Assembly (NCBI GenBank): GCA_047601445.1
Contig: JASGJH010000001.1
Location: 8,256,001 to 8,320,000, forward strand
Length of the DNA stretch: 64,000 nt
Direction of reading: 5' to 3'
Origin: Myxococcales bacterium
GTDB lineage: Bacteria > Myxococcota_A > Polyangia > Polyangiales > DASUME01
Below the pieces are notes generated by a model. It was not told where the DNA came from. It was given only the letters and a program-made list of their open reading frames with translations, and ran no database searches. The stretch's first letter is position 1. Every line of letters starts with the position of its first letter. The position numbers were made by a program, and so were the translations under genes. Below, piece after piece: positions 26,501 to 37,500 of this stretch.

Positions 26501-27577
26501 TCAGAAGAGGATGACCGGCGTCAGCACGCAGCAGCCGAATGTGCAGGCATAGTCCGCACCGCAGTCCGGCAGGCCGGTGCCGCACAGGGCTTCGCCGTTA
26601 TCGCAGGTGTACGAGGGGGGCGGCGGGGGTGGAGGCGGCGGCGGATTCGTGGTGCCGCCGTCGGGCGAGCCAACCGGGGGCGTGCCAGCGTCGGGCTGGC
26701 TGGCGGGAGGAGGAGGTGTGCAATCGGCCGGCAGGTCGGCGACCGTCTTGCCCGGGCACAGCTCGCAGCGGCCGCACGTGTTGACACAGCTGTCGTTGGG
26801 CACGCACTCCGTGCAGCCCGTGGTCGTGCTGCCTTCGATGTCGCAACCACCGCCGATCAGGATGTTCTTCGTCGAGCCGTCTGGCAGCTTCACGCCGCAG
26901 CAGCCGAAGCAGTCGCAGCCGTTGGGCGTATAGGCCTTGCAGAAGTTCTTGCACATGTCGGTCTGCTCGCAGCTGCTGCAGCTGCCGTGACCACTCGAGG
27001 CGTTGCCCTCGGTCAAGCAGCTGGTGGGCAGGCGGCAGCCATCGTTGCCGGAGCCGGAGTTGCCGTCGAAGAAGCAGTCCTGGCAGGCGTCGTCGCGGTT
27101 GTCGCCCGGCTGGCCTGTCGCGAACGAATCCTCGTCGTTGTCCCAGGCAGCCACGCACTCGGGGTCGGCGAGGTCGCCGCGCCCATCGCCGTCGTTGTCC
27201 TTGCCGTCGGAGCACTGGCAGACGACGTCGCCACACATGAACGGCGTGACGGTCGGGACAGGCGCAGTCGGGGTGCCCGTGCCGGAATCGCCCGTGGGGG
27301 TCGTCGGTAGCGGCTGGTCCACAGTGCCATTGCCGTCGGTGTCCACACCGTCGGAGATTCCGTCGCCGTTGGTGTCGACCGCGGTGCCGTCTGGAATGCC
27401 GTCTCCGTTGAGATCGACCCCCGTGCCCGGCGGCGGCAGCATGCCCTCGCTCTGTGAGCCATCGAGGCTGGCGTCGAGGTCGCCGCCGTCCATTAGCCTA
27501 CCGCCACTTCCACCATCGCCACTGCAGGCAGACAGCACCAACATTGCCGCGACTACCCACTGTGTGTTCTTTGCCAT
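26501..27577 (-). CDS. Cys-rich lipoprotein with DxNGDG Ca-binding loops
   Basis: Lipobox [44 protein letters not shown]; poly-Pro linker. Confidence 0.8.
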   Translation of the reverse strand: MAKNTQWVVAAMLVLSACSGDGGSGGRLMDGGDLDASLDGSQSEGMLPPPGTGVDLNGDGIPDGTAVDTNGDGISDGVDTDGNGTVDQPLPTTPTGDSGTGTPTAPVPTVTPFMCGDVVCQCSDGKDNDGDGRGDLADPECVAAWDNDEDSFATGQPGDNRDDACQDCFFDGNSGSGNDGCRLPTSCLTEGNASSGHGSCSSCEQTDMCKNFCKAYTPNGCDCFGCCGVKLPDGSTKNILIGGGCDIEGSTTTGCTECVPNDSCVNTCGRCELCPGKTVADLPADCTPPPPASQPDAGTPPVGSPDGGTTNPPPPPPPPPPSYTCDNGEALCGTGLPDCGADYACTFGCCVLTPVILF

Positions 27578-27703
27578 CCCGCGCTCCTGTTGAGGACTCG
27601 AGTGGCTATCGTGGCCCTGGGGAGCCTGTCGGTTGAAACGCGATCTCCAGCAGGGCCATTTTTTTCTTCAACTGGAGCCTGCCGGGCTGCCACCGTAGGC
27701 GCC

Positions 27704-28531
27704 ATGAATCAGAAAGAACTCGCAATTTCCACGATGGTTCTCGCCCTGGGTGCGCTTGGTTGCAGCAGCGACACCACCGCCCGACAGGGGGCGCTTCCGT
27801 GGGACGATGGCCACACCCAGGTCGTGGGTCCGAACGGGGAGGTTGTCGACGTGGCGACGCCCGAAGGCGATGGCTGCCTCAAGGTGGGCGAGGAGTTCGC
27901 CGACCCGGCCAACTGCATCAAGCCCCAGGACGAGTGCGAGAGCCGCGCGGCCGACGTGCTGCTCGATACCGATGGCAAGGTGCTCGATACCCTGTGCTAC
28001 CCCGCCGAAGGCACCATCTCGGTGGCGCAGCTGGAAGCTTCGGACGGCGGGGTCGCGCAGAACCAGAACAACTCGGTGATTGTGCTCGATTCGAACCCAG
28101 ACGTGGATGTGGCCGGGGACCTGAGCGTCGACGCCAACAACGTATACATCTACGGCGACAGCCCCGACACCTCCGTGGTCGATGGTGACCTCACGCTCGA
28201 CGGCAACAATGCCGTGGTGCGTGGCGTGCGCATCACGGGCGACGTCACGGTGGTAAAGAACGACGCCACCTTCTTTTACTGTGTGATCGAGGGCAACCTG
28301 ACGATCACTGGCAACAACACGGTGATCGCGGGCTGCGACGTGCTGGGCACGCTGACGATCATGGGTAACAACAGCAAGCTGGTCGGCAATCACCTGGTGC
28401 ATGCCCCCGAGATCGACGGCAAGGGCACGCAGTGCGACGCCAACTTGTCGGCGGAGGACAAGGACCAGAGCGGCACGCTCGAGGACAGCGAGCTCGGCGC
28501 GCCCATCCAGTGCGGCGAGAAGGGCAAGTGA
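27704..28531 (+). CDS. lipoprotein with right-handed beta-helix-like repeats
   Basis: Lipobox ALGC; repeats GDLTLDGNN / GDVTVVKND / GNLTITGNN / GTLTIMGNN. Confidence 0.75.
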   Translation: MNQKELAISTMVLALGALGCSSDTTARQGALPWDDGHTQVVGPNGEVVDVATPEGDGCLKVGEEFADPANCIKPQDECESRAADVLLDTDGKVLDTLCYPAEGTISVAQLEASDGGVAQNQNNSVIVLDSNPDVDVAGDLSVDANNVYIYGDSPDTSVVDGDLTLDGNNAVVRGVRITGDVTVVKNDATFFYCVIEGNLTITGNNTVIAGCDVLGTLTIMGNNSKLVGNHLVHAPEIDGKGTQCDANLSAEDKDQSGTLEDSELGAPIQCGEKGK

Positions 28532-28705
28532 GGAACCGCAGCGCTCGGTAGGGGACCTCGAGCGCAAGCCAGGGTGCCAGGTGGAAGGCGTCAGCTGGTG
28601 CGCTGGCTCGCATTCGGGAAGAAGCGCTCACCTGGTGCCGGTTGGCGCTGGAAAGTGAAAATCGCTGGCCCTTACAATATTGAGCTGGGTACCTCGGGGG
28701 GACGA

Positions 28706-30772
28706 ATGCGGAAGCGCATCTTGGCGTTCGGCTTGTTGAGCGCCTGCACCATGTCGGAGCCCTCGCAGAGGTCGGAGCGACCGCCTCTCGTGCAGCGCGT
28801 GGCGCTCGGGGCCCGCGTCGAGCTGCAGCTCACCTGGTGCGACGGTGACGTCCAGCTCGTGCGCTGCTTGCCAGTGATCATCGACGCCATCCTCGAGGCC
28901 GAGGTCGACGAGCCGACCTTCGTGGTCGAAAGCACGCGCGATGAATCGGGGACCTCGTTCATCGCGCTGCGCGCGCAATCCCCGGGCCAGGGCACGCTGC
29001 ACGTGCGCTATCGGGATATTCGGGGCAAGGAGCGCGAAGTCGAGGCTCCGCTGTTGGCCCTGGATCCCGCTTCGGTAAACGTGCAGGTCGAGTGCGAGAC
29101 GCCTGTTGCGAGCATCCCGGTCGGTGCGCCGACTCCCAACAACGTGCCCGCGCTGGCTGCAGGGTCCGCATTCCGCGTCACGGCTTCCGCCCGCACGGCG
29201 GATCAGCAGTACGTGAGCACGGGCGACCTCGAGCTAGTCGACTTCACTCCCTTCGAGGTGCGCAGCCAGGTGGACAACAGTACCCAGCTGACCGCGCCCG
29301 AGGAGCCGGGGCAGTACACCTGGCATACGCGCACGGGCGAAGCGGTTCAGGTGCGTGTCTACGGGCCGCTCGAACAGCAGCTCGTGCTGACGCCGCCAGA
29401 GTCGGGCCGCATGCTGCCGCATCTCGTGCCCACGTTGGGGGATCAGCCTGCGTGCACGCCAGTGGGACCGGTGGTGGTGGCGCTCGAGGTGCTCTCGGGC
29501 GCCTGCCAGGTGGGCGTCGGCGAGGTGGTCTCGTCACAGCCCTTGCCGCTCATGCTGGGCCCCGAAGGGCTGGATTTCGAGGTCTACGGGGAGGGCGAGT
29601 GTGAGATCGGCGCGCGCCTCGGGGACCCCGCGACCGGTTCACGTACGAGCGCCCGCATGACCAAGACGGCGCCGCGGCTCACGCAGCACGAGGGCAGTCC
29701 GCTGGGCCTCGCGCCGGTGAGCATCAACGTGTTCGAGCCGCTGCCCACCGCCAAATGCGACAAGGGCATTACGAATGGCAAGTGCGAGGTGGTGGGCTGG
29801 GGGCCCTTCGTGGTGCCCGACGCCGATTGCATCACGGACGCCGATTGGCGCATTCAGCCCTACGACTCCCAGGGACCCATCGACGATCACGAGTTCGTCG
29901 GCACGCAGCTGACCTTCTCCGTGGAGCTCGGCGTGGTGGTCGGGCCCGGCAAGCTGCTCGGCACCGACACCAACGGTGTGACGCAGGGGCACCGTGCGCC
30001 CATGGATGTCACCTGGAAATACGACGAGCAACTGTTCGGACTACTTAGCTCCCCGGATGATCTGCATGTCGAGATCGGAGCCTGCGTGGCGCCAGCGGGC
30101 GAGACGCGCGTCGCGCAGGTGCGCATCGACTCCGTGGGGCCGCAGCAGATCGAGTTCGAGGCCAGCAACTTGAACGACGAAGGCGAGTTCGACTTCGCCG
30201 CGCGCAAAGTGGACCGCTGCCCGGTGCACGCCAAGATCGACGACGAGGACGTGGCGGGTCCCAGCTGGAAGGCGTTCGCCGGCTCGAGCGCCACGCTATC
30301 GGCCCGCTGCGAGCGCAACGACGGCCTGAAGCTGCGCGGTGATGCCCCCTTGGTCGTCACCAGCGATCGCGACGGAACCGGCGGCACGGTGACCAACAAC
30401 GGGGGGATTTACCTCGGCGCGTCCCGGAGCTCACACCTGGTAGCGCCGACCGTCGGCGCAGGCGAGCAACGCATCGAAGTGGTGGGCCCGGAGGAGGTGA
30501 ACGCGATCACGCTGAGGGGCTGGGTGGCCGCCGAGGAAGACCCCTCCCTGTGGTGCACCTCCGTCGCCACTATGGATGCGGAGAGCCAGGCCATTCACGG
30601 TAGCGGCGATGTTCGCATCGAACTCGCGCTCGACACCGAGGCAGGCTGGGCGGTCGCGCCCGAGTCGCGCTTGCACGAGGTCTGCGTGCGCAAGGTGCAG
30701 CCCGACGCGCGCCCTGCGCGGCTCGAGGCCAAGCTCGGCGTCGGGCGCGCCGAGCTCGAGCTTCCTCAGTAG
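28706..30772 (+). CDS. hypothetical large lipoprotein (beta-rich)
   Basis: MRKRILAFGLLSAC lipoprotein signal; long open frame. Confidence 0.65.
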   Translation: MRKRILAFGLLSACTMSEPSQRSERPPLVQRVALGARVELQLTWCDGDVQLVRCLPVIIDAILEAEVDEPTFVVESTRDESGTSFIALRAQSPGQGTLHVRYRDIRGKEREVEAPLLALDPASVNVQVECETPVASIPVGAPTPNNVPALAAGSAFRVTASARTADQQYVSTGDLELVDFTPFEVRSQVDNSTQLTAPEEPGQYTWHTRTGEAVQVRVYGPLEQQLVLTPPESGRMLPHLVPTLGDQPACTPVGPVVVALEVLSGACQVGVGEVVSSQPLPLMLGPEGLDFEVYGEGECEIGARLGDPATGSRTSARMTKTAPRLTQHEGSPLGLAPVSINVFEPLPTAKCDKGITNGKCEVVGWGPFVVPDADCITDADWRIQPYDSQGPIDDHEFVGTQLTFSVELGVVVGPGKLLGTDTNGVTQGHRAPMDVTWKYDEQLFGLLSSPDDLHVEIGACVAPAGETRVAQVRIDSVGPQQIEFEASNLNDEGEFDFAARKVDRCPVHAKIDDEDVAGPSWKAFAGSSATLSARCERNDGLKLRGDAPLVVTSDRDGTGGTVTNNGGIYLGASRSSHLVAPTVGAGEQRIEVVGPEEVNAITLRGWVAAEEDPSLWCTSVATMDAESQAIHGSGDVRIELALDTEAGWAVAPESRLHEVCVRKVQPDARPARLEAKLGVGRAELELPQ

Positions 30773-31671
30773 CAGGGCACGATGCGCGGGCGGGCGCCAT
30801 GCGTCTGTCCCGACTCGCCCGGGCGATACAGCGTGCCATCGGGTTCACGGGGCAGCTCCGGATACTGCTGTCGATAGGTCTGCTGCGTGGCGAGCAGATC
30901 AGCCACCCCCGGCATCAGCTTGGAGGCCGCCGTGGTCAGCATGGCCATCGCGCCCACAGTCACGTCGCGCGTGTGGTGGCAGGCGGCGCGCAGCACGGCC
31001 TCGGCCACGGTGAAAGGTTCGATCTTCGGATCCGGCAGCTTGGGCTCCCGATCCATGTAGTTGCGGGCGTGCTGCGGGTAGGGTGTGTTGACCGCAGTCG
31101 GCTGGATCAGCGTGATGGAGACGGGGGCCTGGTCCACCTTCTCGATCTCGATGCGCAGCGCGTCCGTGAAACCCTTCACCGCGTGCTTCGAGGCCGTGTA
31201 CATGCCCTGCAGCGGCACCACGGCGTCGGAGACCTCGCTGCCGATGTTGATCAGCGCGCCCCCGTGCTCGCTCAGGTGCTCGAGCGCCACCAGAGAACCG
31301 TTGACCACCCCCCAGAAGTTCACGTCGAAGAGCCGCCGATTGTCCTCTTCGTGGATCTCCTTGATGCGGCCATAGATCGAGACACCAGCGTTGTTCACCC
31401 AGGTGTCGATGCGGCCGAAGGTCGCGATGGCTTCACGCGCCACGCGCTCCACTTGCTCGCGGTCCGCTACGTCCGCCACCACGTGCACGGCATCGGCGCC
31501 CAGCTCGTGCAACTGCTCGACGATGCTCTCGAGCGTCTGCTCGCTGCGCGCTGCCAGCACGAGCTTCGCACCACGTTCGGCGGCCAATTTCGCGGTGGCG
31601 AGGCCGATCCCACTCGAGGCACCGGTGATCACCATGACTTGCTCGTTGATCGGCTTCAAATCCGTCGCCAT
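30766..31671 (-). CDS. SDR family oxidoreductase
   Basis: ITGASSGIG, VNNAG, YTASK. Confidence 0.93.
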   Translation of the reverse strand: MATDLKPINEQVMVITGASSGIGLATAKLAAERGAKLVLAARSEQTLESIVEQLHELGADAVHVVADVADREQVERVAREAIATFGRIDTWVNNAGVSIYGRIKEIHEEDNRRLFDVNFWGVVNGSLVALEHLSEHGGALINIGSEVSDAVVPLQGMYTASKHAVKGFTDALRIEIEKVDQAPVSITLIQPTAVNTPYPQHARNYMDREPKLPDPKIEPFTVAEAVLRAACHHTRDVTVGAMAMLTTAASKLMPGVADLLATQQTYRQQYPELPREPDGTLYRPGESGQTHGARPRIVPCY

Positions 31672-31874
31672 GACGCACGCCCTCCTTTCGAGGTTTGTTG
31701 GAGCGTGTTTCAGGTACGGTAAGCGCCATCTTCCGCGGGGCAATCGTCGCTTTTGCCCCAGCTGGGCGCGAGCGCACGCTGGATTTTTTCACGGGCAAGA
31801 GGCGCTCGTCGTGGGCGTGCTGTGTCCAGTGGGATATCAAGTGCAGGCGCGGTAAAAGGGGGAGCTGCGAGGCA

Positions 31875-32210
31875 TCATGCGCGCGGTGAGCGATGAAACA
31901 GCTCCCTGAGTTCGTCCTTGGCGCGCTCGAGCGTCTTCTTGCGGCTGGGTGGAAGGTTCTTGCCGCCGCGATTGATGTAGAAGTTGAGCATCGACATCGC
32001 GGACTGATAGGGCCCCGACTTGCGGCGCTTGCTGTGCTCCGCGGACCGCTTCAGTGAAGCGGCCACCTGCTTGGCGCTGCCTCGCTTGAAGATGTTCGCC
32101 TCCAGGTCGAGGGCGTCGCTGGTCTCCATCACGTGCTTTGACCAGCGCTTGGTGGGCGGCTTGCGGGTGCGGTCGCTCGAAGTCGTCCTGGGTTTGCGAG
32201 CGCTCGACAT
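31875..32210 (-). CDS. DUF3175-family protein
   Basis: WS..V.ETSDALDLE, SLKRSAE.S.RRK, SAMSMLNFYINRGGKNL. Confidence 0.8.
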   Translation of the reverse strand: MSSARKPRTTSSDRTRKPPTKRWSKHVMETSDALDLEANIFKRGSAKQVAASLKRSAEHSKRRKSGPYQSAMSMLNFYINRGGKNLPPSRKKTLERAKDELRELFHRSPRA

Positions 32211-32220
32211 GATGTCTTCT

Positions 32221-32904
32221 CTAGGGCTCGAAGGCTTCACGACTCCGGCGATGCGCGTTGAACACCTGTAGCTCGTCGGGGCGGAAACCGTTCACTCCGG
32301 TGTACTGCGAACGTACGAAGTCGGTCAGGATGCGACGACCCTCGGCTCCCTTTTCATCTTCTACCATGTCGTCCCACACGGCGAACGTGCGGGCTCGACG
32401 CTGGGCGATACTGAGGCGTCCGTCGAAGCGGATGGCACTCAGCTGACGCAGCAGCGTCATGGCGTCCGCGCGCACGATCAAGGTTTCGCGGAAGCTGCGC
32501 GTGGTATCCATGAACGCGCGACGTTCCGAGAGATAGGGATCGTTGCCGGCGGCAGCCTCGGCCATCGCCGTCAGATCGAAGGTGCCCGCCATGATCCCGA
32601 GTCGGCCATAGCGGTTGCGCATGGTGACGGTGCCGTTGGGGGCGATGCGCGCATCGAAGCCGCTGCCGCGGTACACGTAGCTGCCACCGGGTCCCCGTTC
32701 GAGGATGGATGGTACGCCGAGCCGGTCGGGCGGCGTGACCTCCGTGGCGACAGCGGGCGCCTCCGACGCTTCGGGCGTGGGCGGATCAGCTTGTGCGGTG
32801 GACACCAACAAGTGAGCGCTGCACCAGCCGGCGCACAACGCTCCCGCCAGGAAGGGAGCCCGCGAGCTCCCGACTAAACCGCTGCTTCGAGCCCGCGCTG
32901 CCAT
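32221..32904 (-). CDS. hypothetical secreted protein
   Basis: Signal-like segment ending AQA; GFDARIAPNGTV, GNDPYLSER; start uncertain. Confidence 0.55.
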   Translation of the reverse strand: MAARARSSGLVGSSRAPFLAGALCAGWCSAHLLVSTAQADPPTPEASEAPAVATEVTPPDRLGVPSILERGPGGSYVYRGSGFDARIAPNGTVTMRNRYGRLGIMAGTFDLTAMAEAAAGNDPYLSERRAFMDTTRSFRETLIVRADAMTLLRQLSAIRFDGRLSIAQRRARTFAVWDDMVEDEKGAEGRRILTDFVRSQYTGVNGFRPDELQVFNAHRRSREAFEP

Positions 32905-32992
32905 GCTGCCTCGCTTCGCCGTTCGAGTCTTGCGTCCCAGACGTACGCACTCGACGAGGCCTCGAAAGGCGCGCGCAATCGCGCACGGCGGA

Positions 32993-33859
32993 CTACTGCT
33001 TGCCGGCTTCTTCCAGCTCTTCGAAGCCTGGGACCTTGGACAGATCCGGGACCAGCACGATCTCGATGCGGCGGTTTTGGGCGCGCGTCTCCGGCTTCTT
33101 GTTGCTGGCCACCGGGCGGAACTCGCCGAAGCTCGCCGCACTCACGCGGTTGGCGGGCAGACCCGACTTGATCAGGATCTGCGCCACGGCGATGGCGCGC
33201 CCCGCAGCGAGCTCCCAGTTGCTCGGGAAGCGGTCGGTCTTGATGGGCTGATCGTCCGTGTGGCCTTCGACCTCGAACTCGCGGCCCTTCATGGTCACCA
33301 GGATCGCACCGATCTCGCCGACCGCGGCCTTGCCGCCCTGGGAGAGGTCGATGGACCCACTGGCGAACAGCACGTCGGAGGGCAGCTCCACCACCATGCG
33401 CCCGCGCACCACCTTGACCTTGAGCTTGCCCGCGTCGATCAGCGACTTGAAGCTCTCCAGCAGCTTCTTGAACTCGGCGACCCGCGCTTCGCTCTGCTTC
33501 TTTTGCTCACGCAGCACGTTGAGCGCTGCTTGCATCTCGTCGATGGAGCTCTTGAGGCTCGAGCTGTTCTTCAACATCTCGGCGAGTTGATTCTGCTGCT
33601 CCGCGATCGTGGCCTGCGCCGCTGCGAGCTCGCCCTTGAGGCGCTCGATCTCCTCGTTGGCCTGCTTGAGCTTCGCCTGCTCCTCGGCCAGCGCCTGCTC
33701 CACGCTCTGGGTCTTGCTCTTCTGTTCGGTCAGCTGCGCCTCGAGCGCGCCGACGTCGTGGGCGGTCTTGACCTTGAGCGCGTCGTAGTCCGACCGCTTC
33801 ACGCAGGCGGCGGAGAGGGACAACGACAACAACAGCGAACCAACGACGACTCTTCGCAT
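32993..33859 (-). CDS. OmpA/MotB-domain lipoprotein with coiled coil
   Basis: SAAC lipobox; heptad region; DVLFASG, VEGHTDD, FPSNWELAAGRA, NRRIEI. Confidence 0.88.
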   Translation of the reverse strand: MRRVVVGSLLLSLSLSAACVKRSDYDALKVKTAHDVGALEAQLTEQKSKTQSVEQALAEEQAKLKQANEEIERLKGELAAAQATIAEQQNQLAEMLKNSSSLKSSIDEMQAALNVLREQKKQSEARVAEFKKLLESFKSLIDAGKLKVKVVRGRMVVELPSDVLFASGSIDLSQGGKAAVGEIGAILVTMKGREFEVEGHTDDQPIKTDRFPSNWELAAGRAIAVAQILIKSGLPANRVSAASFGEFRPVASNKKPETRAQNRRIEIVLVPDLSKVPGFEELEEAGKQ

Positions 33860-34000
33860 GCGAACGACCTTCCTCGGGGGGACCGCCCCCTTTTAGCGGC
33901 CCCAAGCCTAGCGCGGCGCCCCGCGCGCGTCGGTCAAGATGGAGCCAAGGGGGGGAGGGCGGTCCTTGCCCGAACGTCGCCGGGGGGCCAGGATCGCGGG

Positions 34001-34387
34001 ATGGCCGTCCAGCTCAACCACACCATCGTGCACGCTCGCGACGCCAGGGCATCCGCCACGTTCCTGTCCGAGGTCCTCGGGCTACCGGCGCCGCGTCGCC
34101 TCTATCACTTCTGGATCGTCGAGACCTCGAACCAGGTGAGTCTCGACTTCCTCGAAACCGACGAGGAGATCCAGGTGGCCCACTACGCCTTCCTGGTGTC
34201 CGAGGCCGAGTTCGACACCATCTTCGCGCGGATCGAGCAGCGTGGGCTCCCCTATTGGGCTGACCCGGCTGCCCGGCAAGAGGGAGAAATCAATCGCAAC
34301 GACGGCGGGCGTGGCGTGTACTTTCGCGATCCTGCGGGCCACTACCTGGAGATCTTGACGCGGCCCTACGGGAGCGGCGCCAGCTGA
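34001..34387 (+). CDS. VOC (glyoxalase/bleomycin resistance) family protein
   Basis: LNHTIV, HYAFLVSE.EFD, GGRGVYFRDPAGHYLEI. Confidence 0.9.
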   Translation: MAVQLNHTIVHARDARASATFLSEVLGLPAPRRLYHFWIVETSNQVSLDFLETDEEIQVAHYAFLVSEAEFDTIFARIEQRGLPYWADPAARQEGEINRNDGGRGVYFRDPAGHYLEILTRPYGSGAS

Positions 34388-34447
34388 GCGCTGCGTTACA
34401 GTTGTCGATGCGGTCGGGCGCTCCTTGGGGTGATGCAGGGCGCACAA

Positions 34448-34519
34448 CGTGAGCGCAGCGAACCGCGGGGAGGGCCTCCTTGCAGTTTTGCTGTGACGGG
34501 CCTGGAGGTCCCGTGACCT
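34448..34519 (-). repeat. REP-like repeat, diverged copy
   Basis: Reverse complement AGGTCACGGGACCTCCAGGCCCGTC...GCAAAA...GCGGTTCGCTGCGCTCACG. Confidence 0.6.
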
Positions 34520-34586
34520 GACCCACCACAAAGGCCTCGGCGGCGGCTGGCTCGCCACGGAATTTCGTGAATAAGCTGGGTCCTTG

Positions 34587-37500
34587 ATGGGCTCCTTCCG
34601 GTCGTGCGGGCTGATTTGGCTGTGGTGTTTGCTGGTGGCGCTCGGCGCCTGTGGCGAAACTAGCGAGGGGCCAACCGAGCTGTTGGTCGTGGTGGATGCC
34701 GACGCAGAGCTGCGTCAGCGCATCGATGCCATCGAGGTGACCACGCAACACTCGCAGAAGACCATCGCGTTGACCTCGGGCAAGGACCACTTGCCGCTCT
34801 CCTTCTCCCTGGCGGGCGACCCGGGGGAGGAGAAGGAGGTCACGCTGCGGGCGCTGCAGGCGGGCAGCGCGCTGATCGAACGTCGGGCTCGCGTGCTCTT
34901 GGTGCGCGGCAAGCGCCTGGCCTGGCACGTGTACTTGGCCTCCGCTTGCACGGAGCTTGCGGCCCGCTGCGCGCAGATGGGGCAAACGTGCGGCAACTGC
35001 GCCGAGTGCGTGGCCGAGGAGCTCACGAGCCAGGACCTCGTGCGTCTCACCAACGCGGGGGACGACGGCACGAGTCTGCCCATCCCGAGCTGCGAAGGCG
35101 ACGAACCCGAGCCCGGCGATGGTGATGGCGACGGCGGCGGCGATGGCGATGGCGAGGGGGGCATCGACGCCAGCCAGCCTGACGGCGTCGTCGATGCAGG
35201 CGATGGCGACAACCCGATCGGGAGCGATGCCTCCACATCGCAGCTCACGCTGCTCGCGCCCCGCGTGATTGCCGCGGCCAAAGGGAAACCCACCCAGGTG
35301 AAGTTTCGTGTGCACGCGCCCGACACGGCGAGTCTGCCCGCGGCGCTTGGGCTAGCGAGCGATCTCGGGAGCGTTCTGGCCAGCGACTGCACCTCCGCGG
35401 CGCCCACGCAGCTCACGAGCTCGGAGCTCGAGCTGTGCCTGGTGTACACGCGCCCCGATGCGCAGCGCTCCCAGGTCGTCAACCTGACGGCCAGCTCGGG
35501 GGAAGCGGTGGTCAGCGCAGCGGTGGAGTTCCGCATGCCTGCCACGCGGGTCGGTGTCGGTCAGATCTTCGGCGCCGCGGTGCTCGAAGACGGCACCATC
35601 CAGGCCTGGGGCAGCACCATGGACTACCGGGTGCCCAACGCCGCGGCCACGGCCCGCCAGGTGATGGTGAGCCCCTTCGGTTTCCCGGGGTCCACCGGCG
35701 TTCAAGACGTGGTCCTGGGCGATGCTTTCGGCTGCGGGCTGACCAAGACTGGCGGCGTGTACTGCTGGGGCAACAACAGCGACGGTCGACTCGGGCGAGG
35801 GGCATTCTCGGTGGGCGAACCAGGCTGGCAGTCCGTGGCAGGGCTCGCGAGCGGCGCGAGCGCCATCGCCGTCGGCGCCTGGCACGGCTGCGCCATCGTG
35901 AGCGGTGTCCTCAAGTGCTGGGGCAATGCGGAGAACTACCAGCTCGGGCCCAGCGCTACGAGCAACACGAACTCGCCCATCAACATCACGCTCCCCAGCG
36001 GCTACGTGCTCGATGTGGCCGCGGGTACGGGGCACACCTGCGCCATCGTCGGAGCTGACCAGAACGCCACCTCGGGGACGCTCTACTGCTGGGGCGACAA
36101 CGTGGCAGGACAGCTCGGTATCGGCAGCACCACGGCCTCGGCTGCGCCGATGAAGACCACGCTGCGCGATGGCGAAGGCCAGGAGGTGTTCGCGTCGCGC
36201 CTGGCAGGCCAGGGCTACGACGCGTGCGCCGAGGCCGCGGGGAAGCTCTATTGTTGGGGCAGCAACTGGGGTGGTGGAACCGGGACCGGAGCGGGCGAAG
36301 GACAAGTGCTCACGCCCAAGCCCGTCGACTTGCCGGGCACCCTACGGGACTTCGTGCTGGGCGGTTCCATGGGTTGCGCGCTCGTCGACGAGAGCGTCGA
36401 GGGCAAGCTCGAGCGCCACGTCTACTGCTGGGGCGAGACCGCGGCGGGGAGCTTTGCCGACGCGACGACGCGCTCCAACACACCGAAGTACATCGCCAAC
36501 GCACCCAGCGACGTGGAACAGATCTCCTTGGGCGTGGAGAACTCGGTGTGCGCGCTGAGCCACGGGCTCGTGTACTGCTGGGGCAACAACCACGGCGGCG
36601 AGCTCGCCAACAACGCCGACCTCGAAGATCGCAAGATCCCCACCCGCGTGCCGGCGCTGGAAGCGCTGGGAGCGATCGAGCAGATCAGCCTCGGACGCGG
36701 GCTCGACGTCGGCTCCTGCGTGCGCACGCTCGACGACGTATGGTGCTGGGGCGAGGGGTGGTTCGGCGAGCTCGGTCAGGGGCTCTCGGCCTGGGCCGCC
36801 GCTTCCACGACCCCCGTCAAGGTGCAGAACTTGCCCGCAGGCACGCTCCAGGAGGTCAAGCAAGAAGGCTCCTACGCCTGCGCTCGCGTCAGTGGCAGCC
36901 TCTATTGCTGGGGTCGTAGCTCGCCGGGAGGAGGCACTCCGAGCGTCGACAGCGTGGTCGCAGCGCCCTTCGAGCTCCCCAGCGCCTTGCCCGTGACACA
37001 AATCGAGATGGGCGCCGAGGACGACTTCTTCTGCGTGTTGCAAGGCACGGCGCCGGACGCGGAAGTCTCCTGCTTTCCAACCTACGGCGCGCCGCAACTC
37101 GACGTGCCCTTCGCCAGCGGCAACATCAGCTCCATCAGCCGCGGTCAGGGCTACGGCTGCGCCATCGTCGACGGTGGCGCGCAGTGTTTCGGAGACAACG
37201 GGCACGGTCGCCTCGGTCACGCTGCGCTGAGCGCGGGTTTCTCCGCGTCCGCGGTGGACGTCGACCAAATCGGTCCGAGCGATCCGGTGACGCTGGTGGC
37301 GCTCGCGAGCAAGAGCTGGCGCACCTGCGCCTTGACCGATCAGGGAGACCTCTGGTGTTGGGGCGGCGATGAGGCGCCCGCACGCGTGTTCACGCACAAG
37401 GATGGAGACCTCGTCACGGCCCTCAACGGCCACGGCGACAATCTCTGCTACGTGCGCACGCGCGACGGTGCCGAGGAGTTGTGGTGCGACGGCGGCAACT

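Noticed and set aside
32993..33859. Flagellar stator motB
   Set aside because: Has a lipoprotein signal rather than the Asp-bearing TM helix, and no motA is adjacent
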